This document shows positions 22,781 through 36,897 of a stretch of DNA of 64,000 bases, piece after piece (the stretch's first letter is position 1; each line of letters starts with the position of its first letter). Source of the DNA: Raja brachyura (lineage: Eukaryota); NCBI GenBank assembly GCA_963514005.1, contig OY740790.1:5022001-5086000 (forward strand), given 5' to 3'. The notes under the pieces are model-generated. The model was not told the origin of the DNA. It saw nothing but the letters and a program-made list of their open reading frames with translations, and did no database searches. Position numbers and translations under genes: made by a program.

Positions 22781-23336
22781 GTATATCCTTCCTGAGCAGT
22801 GTTGCCTGGAATCACACCCAGAGCTCCAGATGTGGTCTAACCGGAGCTCTATTATACACCAGCATAAAGCCCACCCCCATTGTATCCCAGCGTTTCCCAC
22901 CAACTGAGGCACGTTAAGAGCATTGGTTTAAATTCAAGCTCAGGATTAATCCAAAACTACCAGTGGTCTCTCAACACAAAGCAAACCTTCCTGCTTTGCT
23001 CGTGAGCCCAATGCAATTGGTCATTTCCTTAAGGAATGACTATCTGTCAGCTGGCGTGCATATTTCCGAAGACCTTTCCTGGTCCCAGCACACTGATGCA
23101 ATCATAAATAAGGCATATCAGCGCCTCTACTTCCTGACAAGATTATGGAGAGTCGGTTTGCACAACTTTCCGCATTCTTTTCCGCTCCTGGACTTTCAAC
23201 TTGCCGAACCAAGCCACGATGCAAACAGTCAGTATGCTCTCTACTGTGCACCTGTAGAAGTTCGAGGGAGTCCTCCTTAACTTGCTGACTCTCCGTAATC
23301 ATCTCAAGAAGTAGAGGCATGGATGTGCCCTCTTTA

Positions 23337-24395
23337 TAGAAACATAGAAACATAGAAAATAGGTGCAGGAGGAGGCCATTCGGCCCTTCAAGCCAGCACG
23401 GCCATTCATTACGATCATGGCTGATCGTCCCCAATCAATAACCCGTGCCTGCTTCTCCCCATATCCTTTGATTCCACTAGCCCCGAGAGCTCTATCTAAC
23501 TCTCTTTTTAATCCATCCAGTGATTTGGCCTCCACTGCCTTCTGTGGCAGGGAATTCCACAAGTTCACAGCTCTCTGAGTGAAGAGGTTCTTTCTCACCT
23601 CAGTCTTAAATGGCCTCCCCTTTATTCTAAGACTGTGACCCCTGGTTCTGGACTCGCCCTACATTGGGAACATTTTTCCTGCAATTAGCTTGTCCAGTCC
23701 TTTTATAATTTTATATGTTTCTATAAGATCCCCCCTCATCCTTCTAAACTCCTGTGAATACAAGCCTAGTCTTTTTAATCTTTCCTCAGATGACAGTCCC
23801 GCCATCCCAGGCGTCAATCTCGTGAACTTACGCTGCACTACCTCAATCACAAGGATGTCCTTCCACAATTTAGGAGACCAAAACTGTACGCAATACTCCA
23901 GATGTAGTCTCAACAGAGCCCTATACAACTGCAGAAGAACCTCTCTACTCCTATACTGAAATCCTCTTGTTATGAAGGCCAACATTCCATTAACTTTCTT
24001 CACTGCCTGCTGTACTAACAGACCAACCCTCAGTGACCGGTGGACAAGGACACCAAGGTCTTGTTGCACCTCCCCCTTACCTAACCTAACCCCGTTGAGA
24101 TAATAATCCGCCCCCTTGTTTTTGCCACCAAAGTGGATAACCTCAGATTTATCCATATTTTACTGCATCTGCCACGCATCTGCCCACTCACTCAACCTGT
24201 CCAGGTCACCCTGCAACCTCCTAACATCCTTTTCACAGTTCACACTGCCACCCAGCTTTGTGTCATCCGCAAACTTGCTAGTGTTGCTCCTAATTCCCTC
24301 TTCCAAATCATTAATATATATGGTAAACAGTTGCGGCCCCAACACCGAGCCTTGCGGCACTCCACTCGCCACTGCCTGCCTTTCTGAAAAGGACC
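23337..24395 (-). mobile_element. CR1 LINE 3' fragment
   Basis: SGVPQGSVLGPQLF...FADDTKLGG; LRLHLEYCVQFW; (catagaaa)n tail. Confidence 0.9.
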
Positions 24396-24749
24396 TATAA
24401 TTGCATTAGTGTGCTGGGACCAGGAAAGATCTTGTTATAATATGGCAGAAACTCTCCTCTGTACTGATCTGTGCTGCATCTGCTTTGGAGTGCTGATGGG
24501 AAAGTGTTCAGGACCCTTTACAAATAATCTGCTCCAATGTGATAATCGTGTTCTGAAGAAGCTTCATGTTGTACAAAATCGCTTTGCATAGACAATGATA
24601 CCAATGGGGGAAAGGAGGCTTTGGGGCTAGAATGTTTTATAAGACAGTTACTTTTCCGACAGGATTTTAAAAATAAAGGTATTTTCAATACCAATAACTT
24701 TTCTTTTGTTACTTCAAAGTAAAAATACTAAAGGCTGCTCTAAAAAATA

Positions 24750-25700
24750 AAGTGCTGGAGTAACAATGGGTCAGGCAGCATCACTGGAGAACACGGTCGT
24801 GATGTTTCAGGTTGGGATTCTTCTTCATTGATTGTGGTGATGGTGGGGGGAGGGGGGGAGGGGGGGAGGACATAACCTGGCAAGTGATAGGTGGATAGAG
24901 GTGAGGGAGAGTATTGATAGGAATTGTAGATGCTAGTTTACATCGAAATAGGCACACAATGTTGGAGTAACACCGTTGGAGTAACATGTTGGAGAAAAGG
25001 AATAGATGACATTTCGGGTCAAGACTCTTCTTCAGACTGAGTCAGGGGAAAGGGAAACTAGAGGTATGAAAAAGTACAGAACAAATGAGAGCCATCATCG
25101 ATGACTCAGGAAAGGTAGAGCCCACAATGGTCCATTGTTGGCTGTGGATGAAGTGATAATGAAGGGATACAAACCATGAAACTTACAAGTTGTCTCGGGT
25201 GGTGGAGGGAGGGAGAGAGAGGGATTGCAAGGGACCCCGACAGTCCTCTTGGGTGAGGCAGAGGTTCACGCATCTCCTCCAACCTCCAATGTATTGGTGA
25301 GACTAAGCACAGACTGGGTGATCATTTTGTTGATAAACCTAGGCTCAGTCCGCCGTGGCCAACGAGACCCACCAGTTGCCAAAGATGTTAACACCTCTTC
25401 CCATTTCCCACACTGACCTTTCAGTCCTGTGCCTCCTCAACTGTCAGACTGAGGCCACATGCAAATTGCAGAACTAGCACCTCATATTTTGCTTGGGCAG
25501 CTAACAAGCCAGCGGTATGAATATTGATTTATCCAAATTCCAGTAACCCTTGCAATCCCTCTCTCGTCTCTCTCCTCAGGCTGAAGAAGGGTCCCGAGCT
25601 GAAACGACCCCTACCCATTTTCTCCAGAGATCCTGCCTGACCTGACCTGTTGAGCTACTCCAGCATTTTTGTGTCGATCTTTGCTACAAACCAGCATTTA
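24750..25700. mobile_element. Penelope-like element fragments, both orientations
   Basis: Matches the 36405-36865 element (cacctcatattttgcttgggcag, ctgaagaagggtc...gaaac, ttactccagcatt). Confidence 0.6.
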
Positions 25701-26654
25701 TTACATTCTATAATACAATATCATGACTGCTAATGGCAGACAAATTGTACCTGTAGAAACCAAATAAACACATTGAACAAATCAACACCTCACAATACCA
25801 CCCATGGGCCACAGACTGCCACATGTTTCTCTGGGCTTTAAGATGAGGGAGATCCACTTCATGACATTAAATTGCATTACATTTCATTACATTAACATTT
25901 GCATTAACTTGAATGAAAACTTCATGAGGTATCAAAGACAGCAATTGATTTACTTGAATCACAGCAACCATTTGTTATTAACAACTGCCAGATGTCTGAA
26001 ACTCTGATAACATTTCGACCCAGTCCTTCTCCTTGCACTTCCTCTCAGGTTGCACAGGCAGGTTCAATTTGAGCAGGGGGCCCTCCCAGCAGAGCTGTTA
26101 CTACAAAGAATACACACACTGCTTTACATATAAAAAAATAATTCTGATGCTGTGTTTTGCACCAACAGGTTCATGTTTACCCCCATGAAATTGGGCTGAA
26201 AGAATCAAAACCAATGGGCAATGAAGACCCTCTCCGCATTTCAGTAAATTTTCCACGTTTAGAAACGGGCTCAAAGTGCTGGTGATTGTCATTGATCATG
26301 ATTACACTGATTAAGTAATGGGAACGAGCTGTCCAGACGTACGTACACCTGCATTTTAGATTCTGATGCAGCTGAGAGACTCCCACCAGCAACTTATTCT
26401 GTGTTTGCTCGAGCTGATCATGGAGATCCACTCTGATGACTGTAGTTAAAGTGATCGGTGAGATGGGAATTGGCAGCATCAAAGCAATACACTAAGGACA
26501 AACTAAAAAGTTACACGAGCTGCCTTTAAAACATTACAAAAAGCCGTGGGCAGAATCCCTGTAGAACGTGTTTGAGCTGATGTTTGCTGATGAGAACCAA
26601 GTCTGCTCAGTGAATCAGGTTTAAGACTGAAGCAGCAGGCTTGGCCACAATTAA

Positions 26655-27090
26655 TAGACAATAGACAATAGATGCAAGAGTAGGCCATTCGGCCCTTCGA
26701 GTCAGCACCGCCATTCAATGTGATCATGGCTGATCATCCCAAATCACTACCCCATTTCTGCCTTCTCCCCATATCTCCTGACTCCGCTATCGTTAAGAGC
26801 CCTATCTAGCTCTCTCTTGAAAGTATCCAGAGAACCGGCCTCCACCGCCCAACGGCAGAGAATTCCACAGACTCACAACTCTCTGTGTGATAAAGTGTTT
26901 CCTCATCTCCGTTCTAAATATCTTACCCCTTATTCTTAAACTGTGGTCCCTGGTTCTGGCCCCAACATCGGGAACATGTTTCCTGCCTCTATTGTGTCCA
27001 AACCCTTAATTATCTTATATGTTTCAATAAGACACCCTCTCATCCTTGTAAACTCCAGAGTGTACAAGCCCAGCCGCTCCATTCTCTCAG
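26655..27090 (-). mobile_element. CR1 LINE 3' fragment
   Basis: LGLYTLEFTRMRG...IETYKIIKG; (aatagac)n tail. Confidence 0.85.
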
Positions 27091-27099
27091 CGGAGGCGC

Positions 27100-27990
27100 T
27101 GGGGGAGAACATGAAGCAGTGAGTGGCGGCGGAGAAGGGGGAGGGGGAGCGTCGGAGCCACGTCTGGGTTGTCAATGTGATCACTGGCGAGGGTCTGGAT
27201 GGGGAATAAGAGGGGGAGGAGAGAGAGGGTAGGAGGAGGGGGAGGGAGGAGAAGGGGGGAAGAGAGGGAAAGGGAGGAGGAGAGAGAGGGGAGAGAGATG
27301 CAAGGGAGAGGGGGAATGGGAGAGGAGGAGAGGGAGTGGATAAGGTGGAGAGCAAAGGGGAAGGAGGAGTGAGGCTGGGATAGAGAAAGGGGAATGGATG
27401 GAGGGAGAATAGGTTGGGGAGAGGGGGTAGAGGGTGGGGGAAGTGGAGGCGGAGGCAGAAAGGGGGAGTAGGAGTGAGGAGTGAAAGGAAGGGGTGAAGT
27501 GGACACATGGGTGAGGGAGTAGGGTTGAAAGCGAGGGGAGGGGGGGAGAAGGGTGAGGAGAAGGAAGGTGAAAGAAGGGAGGAGTGCTGAGGAGGGGATG
27601 GGGGGTGGGAAGGGGTTGGGGAAGTGTGGAAGGTGGTGGAAAAGGGGTAGTGGGAGGGATAGGTGGGAGAGGGAGGAGGAGCAGGTGGGAAGGGGGTCAG
27701 AAAGAGGTGGAAAGGGGGTAGAAGGAGCTAGGAGGGCATAGAAAGAGTAGGATGAAAGGATGGAAAAGGAGGAATAGGTTGGTGAGGGAGAGGAAGGAGT
27801 TGCCATGAAAGGGTGGAGGGGGAAGACAGAGGGGCGAAGGAGGAAAGGGGGGGTGGAAGGAGACGGAGGGGGTGGAGCGAGGGATAGAGACTGAGAGGGG
27901 TAGATGGAGAGGAACAGGTATGGGCTAAAGATGTTAAAGGGAGTGGGGTTAGAGAGAGGAAGCGGCAGTGGGAGGGGTAGAGAGGGGGGG
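27100..27990 (+). repeat. G/A-rich low-complexity tract
   Basis: ~0.9 kb dominated by purines with no fixed period. Confidence 0.8.
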
Positions 27991-30900
27991 ATCCACGTCA
28001 GTGTCGTGGGTTCTGAGGTGGCTGATGAGGCCACTAACTGATCCCCGGGTAGGGTTGTTGGGTAGTTTGTCGGCTGGTGTTTGTGATCTGCACAGGCAAA
28101 GGGACCAAGGTTGTGCTCACCATCCCGGCTGCTTCTCCATTTGGAGAGGCCGTTGGCCAGAGGTTCCCAGGACTCAGTGGCATGGGAATGTTGGGTTGTT
28201 TAAAGACCCTTTGAGAACATCCATGAATCTTTGCTTTGTAATTGTCTGCCGTTTTAGAACTCACAATAGCATGTTTGCGAGTTGGAGGGATGGCAGGCTG
28301 GTTTGTGTGATAAACTGTGCTGTGATCATAACTCTCTGTAATTTCTTGCTGTCTCGGGCAGAGAAACAAGCTTTGAAGTGTCCAGATAGAATGCTCTCTA
28401 TAATAGAAATTGATAGGAGTGATTGGAGATGTGCCGATTTTATTTAGCCTTCTGTAGAAGTAAAGGCATTAGTGCTTTCTTGGCTGTGGTGTCAATGTGG
28501 TTGGATCAGGACAAATTTACACATGGAAACTTGAAGATCTTGACCATCTCCACTTCAGCACCATTGATACAGACAAGCGCAGCGGTTCCCAACCTTTTTC
28601 ATCCCGTTTACCCCAGGCAACTTTAATAGCGAATAACAATGTTATTTCACTTATTTGTGAATAACCAATGATGAACCAGAACCAAACACAGTCAGTCAAT
28701 GAGAGAAAATATGTACAAATCCAGAATCAATAAATGTATCCCCTGGGTGGGCAAAATGTACCCCCTGGGTAAATTACCAAGCCCTGTATCTCCATCTTGT
28801 ACTCGGCTTCGTCATTGTTTGCAATAAGTTAATTAGTCGTAGGAGCGGAATTCGGCCCATCAAGTCCACTCCGCCTTTTAGTCGTGGCTAATCTATCTTT
28901 CCCTCTCAGCCCTCTTCTCCTGCCTTCTCCCAATAACTCCTGACACCCGTACTAATCAAGCACCTATGAATCTCCTCCTTAAAACATACATTGACGGCCC
29001 CCACAGCCGTCTGTGGCAATGGATTTCACAGATTCTCTGGCACACTTGCAGACAGTGGTCAGATGTCGTGGGACTTTGTACAAGCCAAGGACAATGTGGC
29101 TGGTTATTGCACAAATGGAAAATGCATGATGCAGAAGCATGCAGTTGTGGCCTCAAGTCTAACACCATAAGGCACAGCATGGCCTGCAGGGGGGAAGCTG
29201 GGAAGTCACCAAGCTCAGCCCCGAGTTGAGTCGTGGAGGAGGGAGCCGCTGGTGATGACGGAAACGAGGAGAGGACCTGTGTATTGCCTCCAGCGCTTTC
29301 AAGGCCGGCTGCAGGAGGCATCCTGGGACACTGGCAGTTGGGTGAGGACGTCGGTTCACAGGCCGAGCCAATCGAGGGTGACAGATGAGGTAAGCCTGGG
29401 GCTTACCTTAATCGGGAGCCTCTCCAGTACATCGAGCACGTGTGTGGACTGGACTTTAGCCTTTTTGTAAACTGTGCCAAAATATGGCAACTCGTGCATG
29501 TGTGAGCGATGCAAAAATAATTTCAGTGTGCAGTGACCACGTGACAATAAAACACCTTTGAGGAGCCATTTTGTTTTCCTGTATAGCATTTCAGGAGGGC
29601 ATTGATATAATCCCCAAGGACAATGTCCACTCCCTGATAAACACATCCAATTAAAGTCACACTTGCTCCTTGGCCTCCAGAAAGACAAATACTTTGTGAC
29701 TTTTCTGCTGATTTCAAATCAGAGTTGAGAACACCCTATGCTTTAAATTCTGATCCATGTCTTTTTTGTCATGGTCTCTTGCTTCTGGAGACATTTTTGA
29801 AATAAACGCCTATAATTTCCTAATTAGGGGACAAATAACAGGAGAGGGGAAATTTACTGCTAAAGTAAATATATTTTCAATGAATACAAATGAGGTTGGC
29901 AACATTTAAAGAATAGATAATATTGGACTTCACAACGTCAATGGAGAATATTTGCCACGGGTTTTATATATAACCAGTTTCTGCATTGATGTTCAGTATC
30001 CTGTGTTATCTTTGATATTTCTGCTGCCTCTGAACAAGTCATTGTAATCTCCTCCAGTGCCTTCCCTCCATTATCCAACCTGATGGAATTGGTTCCACAT
30101 TGATCAGGTTGTATTTTGAGTTTCTTCAGCCAGGGGATTTGTTCTAGGAAACCCCCAGGATGATCCTTGGCTCTGCATTTCTCACACGTGTTGTTCCTCG
30201 CTAACGCAACCTGCAGATTTGGGCGTTGCCTCCCACACGTCTAGTGACGATGCCCAGCTCCATCTTTCCAGCTATCCATGCACAGAGTGTAGGTCTGTTG
30301 TCCAGTATTAAAAGGACTGCGATTTCCTCCAATTAAAATGTAATTTAATCAGTAGAATCTCTGCCTCACATCGCAGGGACCCGGGTTCGATCCTGACTAT
30401 GAATTCATGTTGGTATGAAGTTTGTACGTTCTCCTGTGACCATGTGGGTTTCCTCCCACACGCCAAAAATGTGCAGGTTTGTAGGTTAATTGGCTGCTGT
30501 AAATTCATGTTCATAAGTTATAGTAACAAAATTAGGCCATTTGGCCCATCAAGTCTACTCCACCATTCAATCATGGATGATCTATCTTTCCCTTACACCC
30601 CCATTCTCTGCCTTCTCCCCATAACCCCAGACACCCGTACTAATCAAGACTCTATCTGCCATAAAAATACCCAATGGACTTGGCCTCTGCAACCTTCTGT
30701 GGCAATGAATTGTCCTATTGTCCCTACTCTGTAGCATAGAACCAGTGTATGAGGATCGCTGGTCGGCACAGAGTCGGTGGGTTGAAGGCCTGTTTCCACA
30801 CTGCATCTCTTAGAAAAAAATGCAACCCACTATTTTGGCTTCATACAGATTTTAAACTCACTTACGTGATTGTCTGACACTTTCTGAATCACAGTTCACA

Positions 30901-31394
30901 TCCTCTTCACCTTAGCTGATCCCCAGCTTGAGCTTCCAGCTCTTCATCCTCCCCATTTCAAAAAGGATCAATCACCTCTCATTTTTGTCCTTCTCCTTAT
31001 TAATTTTAGGTAACCCAAGACCTATTGGAATTAAAGAAAAAAACTCATTCTTGTCATAAAATTCCCTTTCCAATTGCTGCAAAGTTTTAATAACCCTCCA
31101 AGTCACGTTCCCCACAATAAAATCTGGCATTTTCCCTCCATCCAATAGCTGCCCTCACTATCGATAACCGTGGATCAGTTGCGAAGGATCAATTATTACT
31201 CTGGTTCTTAATTCCTCTATCCTGGGTAATGAACACTGTATATTCACCCTATTCCCTTCACATTTTATACAGTTCTATAAGATCACCCCTCAGCCTCCTG
31301 CGCTCCAAGGAATAAAGTCCGATCTTACCCAATCTCTCCCTGTAATTCAGGCCCACGAGTCCTGGCAACACCATTGCATTACGTTAGACGTTAG

Positions 31395-31660
31395 AGATAC
31401 AACACGGAAAGTGGCCCTTCGACCCACCAAGTCCGTGCCGACCAGTACACTATCACTATCCTCCACACACCAGAGGCAATTTTTGCTGAAACCAATTAAC
31501 GTACAAATCTCCATGTCTTTGGAGTGTGGGCGGAAACTGAAACCCACGCGGTCACATGGAGAAGGTACAAACTCCGAACAGACAGCATCCGTAGTCAGGA
31601 TGGAACCCGGGTCTCTGGTGCTGTGAGGCAGCAACTCTACCGTTGCTCCACTGTGCCACC
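31395..31660 (-). mobile_element. HE1-like tRNA-derived SINE
   Basis: Reverse complement of ggtagagttgctgcc...gacccgggttc...gggccgaagggc; many copies in the window. Confidence 0.75.
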
Positions 31661-32843
31661 CATGCAATGTGTAAAACTGTGCTTGTATTCCCTCATGCAG
31701 CCCTCCTTTTGTATTCATTCAAAATGTATCAAGGGTGCATCACAGCATGGTTTGGGAACAGCAGGCAACTGAACCATCTGATCACCAACTGGAGAGCGAT
31801 GCTGAGCTACTATCTACCTCATTGGAGACTCTCGGACTATCTTTGTTCAGACTTTACTGGACATTATCTTGCACTAAATGTTATTTCCTTTATCATATAT
31901 CTACACTGGATGGCTGGATTGTAATCATGTATTGTCCTTCTGCCGACTGGCTAGCACGCACACAACCTTGATGCATGTGCCAATAAACTAAGCTGGAGTA
32001 TTTTCCAAGAGAAACAGGTGACACCCCAATTTCCCTCCAGGGATGTATATAGTTTTATCGTATCGTAATACAGTAACTTAAATCAGCTGGAAAAAACTTG
32101 ATGAACAACTCACCAGACTGATGAGGTATGTTCTCTCTATGTTGCATGTGGGGATTCACTGGGAAATATATTTAGCTAATGTTCAGCTCAACATCTGAAA
32201 TGTTCAGATAGTATAGGTGAACATTGTCGATCATGAGGCTGAATGTAGCAAGGACAGTCTCACTGCAGCCAAATCCCTAAATGATTGGAGACAATAGATT
32301 CAGTAATAACTTTTTAAATTGAATTAGATTTGTACATGAAAAGCAAATAATTTTGAGACAGCAGGGAAAAGTGACAGGGTTGCCCATCTTTTTTTGCATT
32401 GACAACCGTTTTGGTCTCGGATTAGCACTGACTTGGTTCTAAACTGTGGTGAATTAAGCATGAAATTATTAAAGGAAAAACTCATTTTTGTTTTGCAGTG
32501 CATTCTCATAATGACTTCTTGCTTGCGATCCTCATGAGATGTCAGATTATGGTTTCAGCTCCAGGTAAATGAGATTTTCATACTTTCTACAAAAATACCC
32601 AATACTTATCGGGTTTTAGTGCTTCTCCTAACTCATGCTCTGTCTTTATGCCTCTGCTTACGGACTTCTGTCTTCTAATTGAGATGTAGCGAATTAAAAT
32701 TCTCGTCAACCTTGTCAAATCCCTCCCTGTCTTTGCTCTTCTCTATTCTTCAACCTTTATATTTGTAACTCCTCCTACTCAGGCCGCCTCATTTTGCAGT
32801 GATCTTACGGTTCTTACAAAATGATGCATGTACACTTCCGACA

Positions 32844-33600
32844 TCTATACTATTTCTAAAACCCTCATCTTGTCCTCTTCCGGTTTGATTTTTTTTCAAT
32901 TTGTGCAAAAAGGTTTCCCTACATTGCTAGGATTTTTTCGCCACCTTACTCACCGTTCTCCTCTGCTCCAAGCGCACAAAGTTTGGTTCTGATCAGTGGA
33001 AGATTACAAAAATAAAGAAGGTTTAAAAAATAATGAGATCAGCAGATTGGTCTACTCGTCTGTCGGTCAGCATGAAGGTAACGCCCCTTCCGGCATCCGC
33101 TGTTAATCACTGGGCGGGGCGAGGAGAATAAAGCCCCGGATGCGGGGCTGAGTCCACCAGCCGTGCTGACTGAGTCCAGGAGCTGTGCGGAGGAGAACAA
33201 CCAGCGAAGTGGCCAGCACCTACTGTGTCCCCACCGCACCCCCCAGCCCCTTCCCCTCTGGCCCCCCTCGCTGGCTCCTGTCCCCTCCCAGTAATACCGT
33301 ACTCTCCCCCATGGCTCTTCCTCCATCTTTTCTCCGAACTCTCTCCCCCCTGCCCCCGACACCCCTCCCCCCCACACCCCAAACACTCCAAACACACCCC
33401 TCCCTCCCACACACCCCTCCCTTCCACACACCCCTCACAGCCCTACCCTGCTCACACATACTCCTCTCCCATACACCCCTTTTCCCCAAACCCCCCTGCT
33501 CACACATACCCCACACACACACCTCACCCCCCCACAACCCTTCTGCCAAACATACCCACTCCCACACACCCCTCCCCTCCACACCCCCCGCCCACATAAC
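32844..33600 (+). mobile_element. Non-autonomous Helitron, 3'-truncated copy
   Basis: A|TCTATACTATTTCTAAAACCCTCATCTTGTCCTCTTCCGG matches the 5' end of the 51207-52206 copy; followed by a C-rich tract. Confidence 0.65.
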
Positions 33601-35969
33601 AGCCTTCTGTGACAATGAATTCTCCAGATTCACCATCCTCTGACAAATTAAATTCCTTTTAAAATCAGTTTAAATATTAAAAGCAGCAGATTGTAGTCCC
33701 CCAGCATATCTCCATTTCGGTTATGTAGTTGGAGGCTTTATTTGGTTTCCAGGCCTGGAGGGATGGGAAGACAAAAGATCTTATTAATTAACTTAAAGTG
33801 TTTATGGAGGTGTGCTTGTTTTAATGTGTTTTGATGAGTTAGTTTTGGTTAACTAGTTTTTTGTTCAATTATTTACATCAACTTTTTAAATAATATCAGT
33901 CTATGCTGGTCTCACATCAACAATTACAACCAAAACATGCTCTGATGATGGCTATTTAACCCAATCCATGGCTTTTAAAGATAGAAAGACTCACATTTTC
34001 ATAGCTGAATCACATCCCTTTCAGCGTATTTTTAAGGTGGAGAGTGACAGGTATTTGATGGGTAGGGCTATCAAGAGTTATGGGGAGAAGTGATTGATTG
34101 GCGCAGTAGACTCAAAGGGCTGAATGGCCTAATCCTGCTCCTTAAACATAAAATAAAATCTCTGAACATCAGAGGCTCCTGAGGAAAAAGTGCTGGAGTA
34201 ACGCAGTGGTCGGGTGGCATCCCTGGAGAGCATGGATAGGTGGCGTTTCGGGTCTGGACCATTTTTCAGACTGAGTGCAGGTGTGGGAGGAAGGAAGCCA
34301 GAAGAGTGGAGGGGCAGGACAAAGCATGGTAGGTCACAGGTGAACACAGGTGAGGCAGTGTTGGGCAGATGGTTGGACAAAGGGCAGACATGAACACGTA
34401 CAAGGAGCAAAATAAAAGGATTAGTGAGTTACGAATTGTGAAGTTAGAGGATTGATGAGGTTTGAGTTGTGTAGAAATGAAGGGAGAGGGGAGAGATGGG
34501 TGCAAGATCAGCTCAGGGAGGGGGGTTTTATAGGGGGGGGGGGGATGCATGGGACTTAGGGTGAATGGACAGGTGGTCCAGCAGGAATACTATCTGAAAC
34601 TTGGTATAGTCAGGTGCAATTCATTGCCACAGGAGGCTGTGAGGTCCAAGTCAGTGGATATTTTTAAGGCAGAGGTAGATCGATTCTTGTTTAGACAGGT
34701 AACAGAGATTATGTAGGTGAGGTGATGAGAGAGAGTTAGATCCGCCATGATTGAACGGTGGAGTAGACGTGATGGGCCGAATGACCTAATTCTGCTCCTA
34801 TCCCTTATGAACTCATACCTTGTAGCCTGACTCATGGGAACAGAAGATTAATAGGAATGGGGCTCCACAGGTCAGTATGTGTGGGCAGTGACCCAGATCC
34901 AGCAACATTCAGCCAAACATTGCCCTGCCCTGTGGAGAAGATGTTTCCATGAGTGGGAGAGTCTAGGACTAGAGGTCATAGCCTCAGAATTAAAGGATGT
35001 TCTTTTATTGTGGAAATGAGGGGAACTTTCTTCAGTCAGAGGGTGGTGAAAATGTGGAAGTCTTTCACATGGAAGGCCGTGAAGACTAAATCAGTGGATA
35101 TTTTTAAGGCAGAGATAGACAGATTCCTGATTAGTACGGGTGTCAGAGGTTATGAGGAGAAGGCAGGAGAATGGGGTTTGGGGGGAGAGATAGATCAGCC
35201 ATGATGTGTCGAATGGCCCTATTCTACTCCTATCACTTATGGCCGTATGATTTTAAAGATCCTACCCTTGCTCTAATCTCCCTTTTCCAATAATTCTAAT
35301 GAGCCTTGCAGACTCCTTCAGTTACAGCTTATAGTCATACAGTCACGGAGTGATACAGTGGGGAAACAGGCCCAACTTGGCCACACCAGCCAACATGCCC
35401 CATCTACACTAGTCCCACGCGCCTGTGTTTGGTCCATATCCCTCCAAACCTGTCCTATCCATATACCTGTCTAACTTCTTCTTAAACCTCAAATACCTCC
35501 TCCGGCAGCTTGTTCCATGCACCCACAACCCTTTGTTTGAGAACGTTCCCCCTCAGATTTATATTAAATCTTTCCCCTTCACCGTAAACCTATGTCCTCT
35601 GGTCCTTGATTCCCCTACTCTGGGCGAGAGGCCCTGTGCATCTACCCGATCTATTCCTCTCATGATTTTATGCACCTCTATAAGATCATCGCTCATCCTC
35701 CTGCGCTTCAGGGAATAGAGTCACAGCCGACTCAACCTCTCCCTGCAGCTCAGACCCTCGGGTCCTGGCAACATACTTGCAAAACCTCTCTGTACCCTCT
35801 CCTATAACATGGTGCCCAGAATTGAACACAATACTCTAAATATTTGGCCTTTGGTCATCTTCAATTTGAATCACTAAAATGGTAACTGTTACTTATATTA
35901 AGTTTTCATTTCTCAGTGCTGTTAAGGTAAGCTTGCACTGATGATACTGCAAGATGTAATGAATAGCTC

Positions 35970-36250
35970 TGGCCTCAGCACAAGAGACCCGCGTTTGATC
36001 CTGATCTCAGATGCTACCTGTGTGCAGTTTGCACGCTCACCCTGTGCTTTTCCTCCCTGTGTTCCGGTTTCCTCCCACATCCCTAAGACGTGCGGGTTTG
36101 TAGGTTATTTGGCCCTCTGTAAAGAGCCTCCAGAGTGCAGGGAGTGGATGAGAAAGTCGGATAACATGGAACTAGTGTGAACAGGTGATTGATGGTTGGT
36201 GTTAAGATAGTGGGCAGAAGGGCTTGTTTCCATGCTGTATCTCTAAAACT
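35970..36250 (+). mobile_element. HE1-like SINE
   Basis: gagacccgcgtttgatcctga...ccggtttcctcccacat...ctgtatctctaaaact. Confidence 0.7.
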
Positions 36251-36404
36251 AATGTCCACCAATTTACTTTTGTTAATTATTTCCAGCATGTTATTGCCGC
36301 GATTTTTTGGTGAAAGTGACTTATTTGGAACTGCTGGGGCATTTGAAGCTATTATGAGGGGAACACAATATGCATGGTGTGTAGGAAAGCTGTTCCAGGT
36401 GTCA

Positions 36405-36865
36405 ACTTCTGTACATCGGTGAGACCAAGCGCAGGCTCTACGATTGTTTCGCTGAACACTTCCACTCAGTCCACCTTAACCTACCTGATCTCCCGGTTGC
36501 TCAACATTTTAACTCCCCCTCCCATTCCCAATCTGAACTTTCTGGCCTGGGCCTCCTCCATTGTCAGATTGAGGCCGTGCACAAATTGGAGGAACAGCAC
36601 CTCATATTTTGCTAGGGTAGCTTACACCCAAGCGGTATGAACATTGATCTCTAACTTCAACTAGCCCTTGCTTTCCCTCTCTCTCCATCCCCTTCCCCTT
36701 CCCAGTTCTTCCACCGGTCTTACTGTCTCCGACGACATACTATCTCTGTCTCACTCACTCCCCTGACATCAGACTGAAGAAGGGTCTCGACCCATAAATG
36801 TCGCACATTCCTTCTCTCCAGAGATGCTGCCTGTGCTGCTCAGTTACTCCAGCATTTTGTGTCTA
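36405..36865 (+). mobile_element. Penelope-like element 3' fragment (GIY-YIG endonuclease end plus terminal repeat)
   Basis: LLYIGETKRRLYDCFAEHFHSV...PVAQHFN; downstream ctgaagaagggtctcgaccc motif. Confidence 0.8.
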
Positions 36866-36897
36866 CAATATGCAGGGTAACAATTCACAGTTACTTA

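Noticed and set aside
26936-28034. Pro/Ser/Leu-rich ORFs (also at ~33.0-33.6 kb and ~51.2-51.9 kb)
   Set aside because: Translations of low-complexity purine- or G-rich tracts.
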